A DNA stretch of 18,509 nucleotides from contig NW_021824482.1 of the NCBI RefSeq assembly GCF_006345805.1, forward strand, positions 1-18,509, in the 5' to 3' direction. Positions 1-8,625 of this stretch are shown piece after piece. Each line of letters starts with the position of its first letter. The first letter of the stretch is position 1. Below the pieces are notes generated by a model, which had not been told where the DNA came from, did not search any database, and saw only the letters and a program-made list of their open reading frames with translations. This stretch comes from Octopus sinensis (taxonomy: Eukaryota). A program made the position numbers and the translations under genes.

Positions 1-657
1 GCCCTGTCCGTGTGAGCTAACAGTCGTACTTGGCTTTCATGGGAAACATGTATTTTCGTGGTTGAAACCTTTTGGATTAACTGGTGCTAGAGTGATCAAT
101 ATAGTGACCACTCTCTTATATTTATTTTGTGAAAATAATTATAATATGTTATATAATATTATATAATCCAGGTTTCTCATAGCACTAGGCCACTTGGTGT
201 GGAATAAATATACTATTAAATTAGTATCTAATTCTCTCACCCTTATTATTAATTATAATTAAATGCTGCATTTATTTCTAAATGCTGTATTTGTTCCGTG
301 AGAGTTTTGGCGCGCTGTTGGTTGGGGCATTTGAATTATAACGTCGGTTGTAATCAATTGAACCACACGCGTATTTATCGTTATGGTAAAATCTGGCGTG
401 TGATTGAGTGGATTTCATCCAGATAGTCTTGGCTGACGAGCTACAAATGGATTATTGTAAGTATATTACATTTAATTCATTAATAGCGAAACAATTGTCC
501 CAAAATAATCTGTATTTTTGTTATTTTTTATTTGCCCTGTCCGTGTGAGCTAACAGTCGTACTTGGCTTTCATGGGAAACATGTATTTTCGTGGTTGAAA
601 CCTTTTGATTAACTGGTGCTAGAGTGATCAATATAGTGACCACTCTCTTATATTTAT
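1..657 (+). mobile_element. 533-bp-period tandem unit with hammerhead ribozyme (retrozyme / Penelope pLTR-like)
   Basis: 1-125 recurs at 534-657, identical except a 1-nt indel (TTTTGGATT vs TTTTGATT). The unit contains a hammerhead at 422-510 and many hairpins, and ends in a (TA)n tract. The first copy runs off the window start. Confidence 0.75.
422..510 (+). ncRNA. Type I hammerhead ribozyme, intact core
   Basis: Stem I 5' GATAGTCTTGG (422-432), CTGACGA (433-439), stem II GCTA...TAGC (440-487, extended hairpin), GAAA (488-491), palindromic helix III ACAATTGT (491-498), GTC cleavage triplet (497-499), stem I 3' CCAAAATAATC (500-510; 4 proximal WC pairs, 2 mismatches and 1 wobble distally). 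Confidence 0.85.
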
Positions 658-758
658 ATTATTATATGTATATATATATATATATAAATATATAATATAT
701 ATATATATATATAAAATACATACATATATGTATATATATTATATATATAATACATACA

Positions 759-817
<59 letters not shown>

Positions 818-920
818 ACCTATATATATATTTTATATATATATTTATACATAAAATATATACCTATTTATATTATATAATAAATATATCATATGTATAA
901 TATATAAATATATATATGTA
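658..920. repeat. (TA)n-rich microsatellite
   Basis: Direct inspection. Confidence 0.95.
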
Positions 921-1102
921 TAACAGATTAGTTAACGGTTGTTTACAATCGTAGAAGTGTTCAGTCCATGATTTAGAATTTGTTTATTTTATTGCAAGGT
1001 AAAATCTCTTGAATCAAGTTTCACGCTGTCTTTTATTCAAAACGGTTGAAGAAAGGCTCTCTGTCACATTAATCTGCACTGACATATTCGTAAACGTATC
1101 AC

Positions 1103-1122
1103 ATTATTATTATTACTATTAC

Positions 1123-1160
<38 letters not shown>

Positions 1161-1201
1161 TATTATTATTATTAATTATTATTATTTGTTTGTTGTTGTT
1201 A

Positions 1202-1244
<43 letters not shown>

Positions 1245-1262
1245 TATTATTGTTATTATTAT
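1103..1262. repeat. (TTA)n microsatellite; tail/target of the RLE element on the minus strand
   Basis: Long TTA tract abutting the 3' UTR of the element at 1263. Confidence 0.95.
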
Positions 1263-1508
1263 TCAGTTTTATTTTTTATAGCGTGCTTTCACTTCACTAC
1301 TGAGCGCAGCTCTGTGTGCCTTGGTATGTCTGTGATTTGTTGTGATGCTCTGATGGTTATTGTATGGAAAGTGTTCTGCGTTGGATGTGTGCAGTGCCTA
1401 GTAGTGCAATTTTCTGTATGTTATATGTGTTTGTAAGTCCTGGTGTTTTTGTTATGTATTTGTCTGAATATTTTTTTATCATGCCTAATGCACCTACTAT
1501 GATAGGTG

Positions 1509-1510
<2 letters not shown>
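1263..1510 (-). mobile_element. RLE-type non-LTR retrotransposon 3' fragment 1 (R4/Dong-like)
   Basis: Minus frame APIIVGALGMIKKYSDKYITKTPGLTNTYNIQKIALLGTAHIQRRTLSIQ* (stop at 1357) matches the C-terminal P-I/V-I-V-GALG...QK..LLGTA.I.RR.L motif of RLE elements. It is followed by a ~95-nt 3' UTR and (AAT)n. Confidence 0.85.

Positions 1511-1590
<80 letters not shown>
1511..1590. repeat. Perfect (TTA)n microsatellite between RLE fragments 1 and 2
   Basis: Direct inspection. Confidence 0.97.
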
Positions 1591-1593
<3 letters not shown>

Positions 1594-1997
1594 TAGTCTT
1601 ATTTTTATCACGTGTTTTCACTGCACTGCCGAGTGCAGCTCTGTGTGCCTTGGGTATGTGCTGTGGTTTATTGTGGTGCTCTTATTTTCACTGTAGTGAA
1701 AGTGTTTTACGTAGGATGTACGAGGTGCCTAGTAGTGCTATTTTCTGTATGTTATATATACTTGTAAGTCCTGGTGTTTTTGTTATATATTTGTCTGAAT
1801 GTTTTTTTTTATCATACCTAATGCACCTACTATAATAGTAATTGTTTCTGTTTTTAGGCCCCATATTCGAGTTACCTCTATTTTTAAGATCTATGTATTT
1901 TGAAAGAAACATTGTCATCTGTTAGTATTAATGCATAGATTAGAAAGCATGTTTTTCTTGGTGATCTCTGACAACGATATCTGGGCTATTGACCTTA
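1591..1997 (-). mobile_element. RLE-type non-LTR retrotransposon 3' fragment 2 (same family as fragment 1)
   Basis: Frameshifted minus-strand pieces: NSPDIVVRDHQEK / TCFLIYALILTDDNVS / LSKYIDL / KIEVTRIWGLKTETITIIVGALGMI / KKHSDKYITKTPGLTSIYNIQKIALLGTSYILRKTLSLQ*. The 3' UTR is alignable to fragment 1. Confidence 0.85.
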
Positions 1998-2008
1998 ATT
2001 TCTCTGTG

Positions 2009-2056
2009 TATTATGTTATTATTATTATTATGTATGTTGTTGCTGTTATTATTATT
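2009..2056. repeat. Degenerate (TTA)n tract between RLE fragments 2 and 3
   Basis: TATTATGTTATTATTATTATTATG...TTATTATTATT. Confidence 0.8.
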
Positions 2057-2535
2057 GAAACAAAGCTCAGATTTGGTCTTATTCCTGGTAGGATATTTGT
2101 AGGTAGCGAGTTACTACCTGTAACCTTAGGTATCAACACACTTTCGGCAGTCTTTCAAGTGCTTAGAACCCTCCTGGTAATCCTTGCTGCCTATAAGAGG
2201 CAAACTTTCTGTAGGAGCTCTACCGGGCATTCTATTTCAATCTTCTTCGACCATTTGTCTATATCTTGGCTTACTGTTCCCAAGGCACCAATTATTAAAG
2301 GAACGACCTTTACTGTTCGCATGCGCCAATGTCTTCTTATTTCATATTTTTAGGAATTATATTTTCTTTGTTTTCTTTCTCTTTCTTTACGATCCTGGAA
2401 TCAAACGGGCATGATAGGTCGATAAGCAAGCTACTTTGCTTTTCGTTTTCTGTGACTGTAATATCTGGTCTATTATTTTCTAACTTCTTGTCCCTTTGAG
2501 TAGGAAAATCCCACAAAATCTTACATTTCTCCGAC
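2057..2535 (-). mobile_element. RLE-type non-LTR retrotransposon 3' fragment 3 (different R4/Dong-like family)
   Basis: SEKCKILWDFPTQRDKKLENNRPDITVTENEKQSSLLIDLSCPFD (WDF..RPD..ID motif of the PD-(D/E)XK endonuclease), then KYEIRRHWRMRTVKVVPLIIGALGTVSQDIDKWSKKIEIECPVELLQKVCLL*AARITRRVLST* (stop 2155-2157). The 3' UTR has a stem-loop AGGTAG-taactcg-CTACCT. Confidence 0.88.
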
Positions 2536-2824
2536 TGTGAATTGACTGGTTGCGAAAATATGACAGAAAATGCTTTACACATTCACCTTTTTAATTCCAA
2601 GACGCTGAACATGTAGCATAATGTGGCATTTAACCTAATTGCATACGAATACACTTTTACCGTTAATATGTATGCAAATCGCGCTAAAGCAAAGAAGGTG
2701 AACATTGTTACAGAAGTCTTCACGACGATGATTCACTGAAACCTTTTCAGTATGTAATCATCTTTCACAACAGGGAAAATCCATTATTTGGGAAAAAAAA
2801 CTATCATTTTAACCAGTTGGCACA

Positions 2825-3025
<201 letters not shown>

Positions 3026-3049
3026 TTGTAAACATATTTACCAATTCAT

Positions 3050-3070
3050 ATATATTATATATATATTTAT

Positions 3071-3105
<35 letters not shown>

Positions 3106-3890
3106 ATATATTATATTACTATAATAGCTTTTATGAAAGCTGCAAATTATTACAAAACTGTTCTTATACTTTTACTTTCCGTTCGTCGGACACTTGCGAT
3201 GAATACTTTAATAAAAGATATTACTCTAACTTTGGTATTCGATTACTATATTTTCCACCTTATTTTGCATCTTTGTGCTTACTTGTGTATATATATATGT
3301 ATATATATATATATGCATAGATATATACATTTGGACGTGTGTATGTGTGTGTATGTGTGTGTGTGTGTGTGTGGTGTGTGTGTGTGTGTGAGTGTGGATA
3401 TTTGCGGTGCGATGTTGGAAAGGTAGTTTTATAAGGAAACTGAAAACCAGAAAGAGTGTAACTAAAAAAAGACATGATTAGTTAAACGAAACGATATAGG
3501 ATGTATAAGCGAAAGACGAAAGCTAAACAAAGATAAAAAATACCTGGTTGGCTGGTTGGGTGGAAGGATGGCCGACAAACAGTGCGAATGAAATAGACAA
3601 ACAAGGTAGATAGAATTGTATATTTCTTCATTTTGCATTCATTATACATCCATATATGTATGCATGCCTACTTGCATATATATATATACATACATACACA
3701 CACACATTTATAAATATATGTGTGTGCGTGATTGTCTGTGTATGTATATTTGTATATATATGTATATACATAATTGTATATATATATATATATATATATT
3801 GGTGTATATATATATGTATATATGTATATATACACACACACATACACACAAACACACTCACACATACATATATACATACATACAGATATA
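3050..3890. repeat. Patches of (TA)n/(TG)n/(CA)n microsatellite (approx. 3050-3120, 3285-3395, 3650-3890) with short unique spacers
   Basis: Direct inspection. Confidence 0.85.
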
Positions 3891-4402
3891 TGAATATATT
3901 TTTTTGTCTTCAGTCTTCAAGAATTCTTTTGAATTGGAAGAAGGGGATTTCGTATTATATCATCCAGTCAATACGAATTTTCTTTTGTTTGTTTGTTTGT
4001 TTGTTTCTTTCTTCTTCTTCGTCAATCTAAAATTAGTCAACATGTACAATGACACCGGCCTTAACAACAACAGCAACAACAACAGCGGCTAGAACTACAC
4101 TAACAACTAAAATGACACCACCGACAATAACAACAACAGCATTAACAGCGTCAACAACAACGACATTATTATCCTCCACTTAAACAATAACAAAAGCAAT
4201 AACAAATAATTCATCAAAATTGACCCCCCCCACTCACCCCCCCCCCCAAAAAAAAACCCCCACTCCGATAACAACAGCATCAGAGGCGTCAATAAGAATT
4301 ACAAGGCTATGTACAAATCGAGCCCTGAAGAACAAAAATAACAACGATTTCTAACAATATTAGGCTGACTTATTTCCATCGTTGGTGTCATCGAATCGTC
4401 CA

Positions 4403-4403
4403 G

Positions 4404-4452
<49 letters not shown>

Positions 4453-5020
4453 TATCATCATCATCGTCATCGTCTTCGTCGACGTCATCGTCTTCGTCGA
4501 CGTCATCGTCTTCGTCGACGTCATCGTCTTCGTCGACGTCATCGTCTTCGTCGACGTCATCGTCTTCGTCGACGTCATCGTCTTCGTCGACGTCATCGTC
4601 TTCGTCGACGTCATCGTCTTCGTCGACGTCATCGTCTTCGTCGACGTCATCGTCTTCGTCGACGTTATCGTCTTCGTCGACGTCATCGTCTTCGTCGACG
4701 TCATCGTCTTCGTCGACGTCATCGTCTTCGTCGACGTCATCGTCTTCGTCGACGTCATCGTCTTCGTCTTCGTCGACGTCATCGTCTTCGTCGACGTCAT
4801 CGTCTTCGTCGACGTCATCGTCTTCGTCGACGTCATCGTCTTCGTCGACGTCATCGTCTTCGTCGACGTCATCGTCTTCGTCGACGTCATCGTCTTCGTC
4901 GACGTCATCATCGTCATCATCATCATCATTGTCATCATCATCGTCGTCATCATCGTCATCATCATCATCATCGTCATCATCATCGTCGTCATCGTCGTCG
5001 TCATGATCATCATCATCATC
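4403..5020. repeat. (TCA/TCG)n microsatellite enclosing an 18-bp minisatellite
   Basis: Unit GTCATCGTCTTCGTCGAC occurs 24 times at 4466-4903 (438 bp = 24x18 + one 6-bp GTCTTC duplication; one substitution in the unit starting at 4664). It is flanked by (TCA)n and mixed TCA/TCG. Confidence 0.95.
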
Positions 5021-5264
5021 ACCGCTTTCTTCGAACGTCATAACCATTCGGACGTGCTGCGTTCACAAAACAGCACACCCCTCCACACACACACACACAC
5101 AAACACACTCGCACGCGCGCACACACACATCCATCCGTGAAGGCGTGTATACATATGTATGTAAATATGTATGTTTCATTTTTCTCTTTTTAATTTCGAG
5201 TTGATCTTGACCAGTCACCTGCTTCGTAACAAAATCGTGAAGGAAAGTATCTTGTTTTGTTCAT

Positions 5265-5383
5265 CTCGTGGAGCTTTTAGGTGTTTTCGCTCAATAAACA
5301 CACAATGCCCGGTCTGGGAATCGAAACCGCGATCCTCCGACCGCGAGTCCGCTGCCCTAACCACTGGGCCATTGCGCCTCCAC
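5265..5383 (-). mobile_element. tRNA-derived SINE 5' fragment (second family)
   Basis: Minus: GTGGAGGCGCAATGGCCCAGTGGTTAGGGCAGCGGACTCGCGGTCGGAGGATCGCGGTTTCGATTCCCAGACCGGGC. A box TGGCCCAGTGG and B box GTTTCGATTCC are present; it continues into non-tRNA body sequence rather than an acceptor-stem end. Confidence 0.75.
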
Positions 5384-5628
5384 TCATCATTCTATACACC
5401 CCACAAAACCGAAGATCAGTCATATTTTGTTTCAGGTGGGTTGGTAGATGTCCTGTTACTCCATTAATAGTAAGTATGGAATCAAAGGCGTATCTTGATT
5501 CTCAGATTCGCAAATTCCTTATGAATGGTCCATAGAGGTTTACTTTCTCCTGTATTCCTCTAACCTCATTGGTATCAAGATTACAGCTGATTTCTTCAAC
5601 AGTGTATATATATCTATGCATGTATATA

Positions 5629-6032
5629 TTCTTTTATTCTTTTACTTGTTTCAGTCATTTGATTGCGGCCATGCTGGGGCATCGCCTTAAAGGATTTTTT
5701 AGTCGAAGAAATCGACCCCAGGACTTCTTCGTTGTAAGCCCAGTATTTACACATACGTATAAACACAGATGTAAACACACCAACATCGGTTTTCAAGCGA
5801 TGGTGGGGGTTGGGGGAGACAAACAAAGACACAAATACACACACATATAAGTATATATATATTATATATATGTATATACGATGGGCTTCTTTCAGTTTCC
5901 GCCTACCAAATCCACTCACAAGGTTTTTGTCGGCCCGAGGCTATAGTAGAAGACACTTGCCCAAGGTGCCACGCGGTGGGACTGAACCCCAAATCATGTT
6001 GTTGGGAAGCAAGCTTCTTACCACACAGCCAC
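5629..6032 (-). mobile_element. Major tRNA-headed SINE, copy A (internal replacement in 3' half)
   Basis: Alignable to copies at 8806 and 13139: head GTGGCTGTGTGGTAAG, GGCACCTTGGGCAAGTGTCTTCTACTATAG, internal microsatellite, tail GCATGGCCGCAATC...GAAACAAGTAAAAGA. Confidence 0.9.
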
Positions 6033-6039
6033 AATGCTA

Positions 6040-6137
6040 CGGTAAAAGACAATACCTAGTATGCCAGGCAGTAGAACCGAACCCTAAACAACGTGGCTGC
6101 AAAGCGACCTTCTGCACCACACGACCTTGCCTAGGCC
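6040..6137 (-). mobile_element. Degraded SINE head
   Basis: Loose similarity to the SINE head (GAACCC...CTTCTGCACCACACGACCTTGCCTAGGCCT). Confidence 0.4.
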
Positions 6138-6411
6138 TCATCATAATTGAGAGTTATTCTCTAATCACTCTTTTTCAAAACTTGAGACATCTGTCGTTCA
6201 TCATTGTTTGACAAGTCCTTGCTAACGAGATTTGGTTCTAATCGATAAAGCATGCATACCACTGATTCTCATATCTGACAGGACATCAGTGGACTTCGAA
6301 TGAGATGAAGCAGACGGCCAACTAACAGGCGGAATAAGTTCATTCAACGCTACGGAAACTAAGTTACCCAAATTCACTCAGATATGCAGTTTTGCTTAGC
6401 TATGCATGCGT

Positions 6412-6699
6412 GTATGTATGTATGTATGTATGTATGTATGTATGTATGTATGTATGTATGTATGTATGTATGTTTGTTTGTATGTATGTATGTATGTTTG
6501 TATGTATGTATGTATGTATGTATGTATGTATGTATGCATGCCTGCCTGCCTGCGTGCATGCATGCATGCATATATGTATGTATGTATATATGCCTGCCTG
6601 CATGCATGCATGTATGTATGTATGTATGTATGTATGTATGTATGCCTGCATGCATACATTTATGTATGCATGTATGTGTGTATGTCATCTATCTATCTA

Positions 6700-6775
<76 letters not shown>

Positions 6776-6776
6776 T
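6412..6776. repeat. (TATG)n/(CATG/CCTG) followed by (TATC)n microsatellite
   Basis: Direct inspection. Confidence 0.95.
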
Positions 6777-6854
6777 TGCTCTTTCGTGGCTGCCTTGCTG
6801 TTCAAAAGTTGCCTCATACCATCTCTGTCGGCATGTACATCTACGTTCTGCAAA

Positions 6855-7140
6855 CAAGGCCGAATGGTTTAAAAGTTCGTTTTGTGAACACAAGGCCCCT
6901 GGTTCGATCTCACTGTGTGATATTTTTCGGGCAAGTGTTTTGTCTTTAACCATATATTTAGGTCGGCCAAAATTTATGAGTGAAATTGGGAAGATGGAAA
7001 CTGAAATTTGGTCCCCAGTCACATGCTACCGGTTTCAGTTACACTGCTTAGCAACATGAGCAAGTGTCTTCTACTATTACATCGGTTCCACCAAAGCCAT
7101 GTGAGTGGATTTGGTAGACAGAAACTGAAAGAAGCCCGTC

Positions 7141-7141
<1 letters not shown>
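6855..7141 (+). mobile_element. Two tandem SINE 5' halves (older copy ~6855-7005, younger copy ~7015-7141), copy B
   Basis: GGTTCGATCTC..GGGCAAGTGTTTTG, then GAGCAAGTGTCTTCTACTA...GTGAGTGGATTTGGTAGACAGAAACTGAAAGAAGCCCGTCG followed by (TA)n. Confidence 0.8.
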
Positions 7142-7177
<36 letters not shown>

Positions 7178-7211
7178 AGGTGAAATTAATTAATTAATTA
7201 ATAATTAATAA

Positions 7212-7256
7212 TTCTACCAAGTAGTTTCGGCATGTTAAAAGGACCATTATCGGTAA
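7212..7256 (-). ncRNA. Decayed hammerhead ribozyme relic (Penelope-type layout)
   Basis: Minus: CCGATAA-T-GGTCCTTTTAACATGCC-GAAAC-TAC-ttg-GTAG-A. Two core changes versus CTGATGA, U16.1 lost, stem I not recoverable. Confidence 0.4.
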
Positions 7257-7282
7257 ACTTAAACAATAATTTTTATAATTAT

Positions 7283-7852
7283 GAGTATAATTATAATTAG
7301 GGTTCAGCAAAAAACAAAAAACAAAAAAAAAACAAAACAAAAAAAACAAAACAAAAAAACAATTGCTTCACCACATACCGAAACTTAGAAATAGCAGCCA
7401 AAGAAACTAGCTATTTCTCTACCATAAGACAATCTCCCAGATAACATATACTCATGTATATGTTATAACATATACTCATACAAAATGCAAAAATCACTTT
7501 TCCATTCCAATCATTTTCGCTCTTCAGTACAGTATTTCAAGATTTTAAATTTGAGAGCACTGAAAAAAATTGAACATACCTATCCGATCCGAGCAACATC
7601 AGACAAACTATATCCAATGACACGATTTTGCATTTTTCATATCTATCTAACACCGAAACGCGTCCACAGTTAATCGAATGCCGAGTGAATGTCGTTGTTT
7701 TTCTCTTCGCGTACGTGAATTGTTTTTGAGTAAATGTTATCTGGGAGATTTTCTTATGGTAGAGAAATAGGTAATTTCTTTGGCTTCTATTTCTAAATTT
7801 CGGTATGCGGTGAAGCAAATTTATTTGCTGAACCCTAATTATAATTATACTC
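7283..7852. mobile_element. MITE-like element with ~115-bp terminal inverted repeats
   Basis: 7283-7448 versus reverse complement of 7734-7852: GAGTATAATTATAATTAGGGTTCAGCAAA...TTGCTTCACC(A/G)CATACCGAAA..TAGAAATAG..GCCAAAGAAA..CTATTTCTCTACCATAAGA.AATCTCCCAGATAACAT, roughly 90% identical apart from an (AAAC) expansion in the left arm. Non-coding interior. Confidence 0.8.
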
Positions 7853-8032
7853 TATTTGACTGCGGCCATGCTGGAGCAGTGCCTTTAGTCGAACAAGTCA
7901 ACCACAGGACTTATTCTTTATAAGTCTAGTACTTATTCTATCAGCCTGTTTTGCCGAACCGCTAAGTTACGGGGACGTAAACACACCAACATCGGTTGTC
8001 AAGCGATGGTGGGGATAAACATAGACACACAA
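7853..8032 (-). mobile_element. SINE 3' half, copy C
   Basis: TTTGACTGCGGCCATGCTGGAGCA...GCCGAACCGCTAAGTTACGGGGACGTAAACACACCAACATCGGTTGTCAAGCG; tail lost at the MITE junction. Confidence 0.88.
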
Positions 8033-8056
8033 ATATATACATATACATATATATAT

Positions 8057-8624
8057 ATTAATTGTTATCGCCATATTAATATGGCATTCTTATAGATATA
8101 AGAATAAACGCTGCCGCTGATTAGCTCCATGAGGCCATCGCCTTATAATAGCTATTGATACACAATCTGTATCCATTATAACCTTCGAACAAAGGAGGTC
8201 AGCCGCTTCACACTGCCAGTCCGACGGCTACAGACGCGTTTCAGGGTATTTGCCCCTTGTCAATGTAGCGTAGTCAGACCTAGCAGGTGTCGCCACTGAC
8301 GTCTCTGTTCGAAGGTTTCTATTTACCTAGTTTCAGTGGAATACATCCACTTGTTTTCAATAATAGAAATATTAAAATTACTAAGTCTCTATAAAAGAGA
8401 TTACGGCAGCGTTACTGGAAATTAATTGTTATCGCCATATTAATATGGCATTCTTATAGATATAAGAATAAACGCTGCCGCTGATTAGCTCCATGAGGCC
8501 ATCGCCTTAAGATAGCTATTGATACACAATCTGTATCCATATAACCTTCGAACAAGGGAGGTCAGCCGCTTCACACTGCCAGTCCAACATCTACAGACGC
8601 GTTTCACAGGGTATTTGCCCCTTG

Positions 8625-8625
<1 letters not shown>
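8057..8625 (-). mobile_element. 364-bp-period tandem unit (1.56 copies) with hammerhead ribozyme: retrozyme-like
   Basis: 8057-8260 recurs at 8421-8625 with a few substitutions/indels. The unit is pervasively self-complementary, contains a hammerhead on the minus strand, and both ends abut (TA)n. Confidence 0.8.
8218..8280 (-). ncRNA. Type I minimal hammerhead ribozyme, core partly decayed
   Basis: Minus: GTCTGAC-tac-GCTACA / TTGACAA (vs CTGANGA) / GGGG-caaata-CCCT / GAAAC-GC-GTC / TGTAGC-c-GTCGGAC. Perfect 6-bp stem I with distal extension, palindromic helix III ACGCGT, cleavage site between 8233 and 8232. Confidence 0.75.

Noticed and set aside
3900-3990. Possible exon after TTTTTGTCTTCAG (VFKNSFELEEGDFVLYHPV)
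   Set aside because: No convincing donor, no recognisable homology, and it runs into a GTTT repeat.
4466-4903. CRISPR-like array
   Set aside because: Units are contiguous with no unique spacers, the context is eukaryotic, and there are no cas genes.
5265-5383. Functional tRNA gene
   Set aside because: A and B boxes are present, but there is no clean acceptor stem or cloverleaf and it runs into SINE body sequence.
7297-7302. TTAGGG at the MITE ends as a telomeric signal
   Set aside because: Single unit per end; expected by chance.
7655-7664. GAAACGCGTC, identical to the helix III half of the 8218 hammerhead
   Set aside because: No CTGANGA, stem II or stem I partner upstream.
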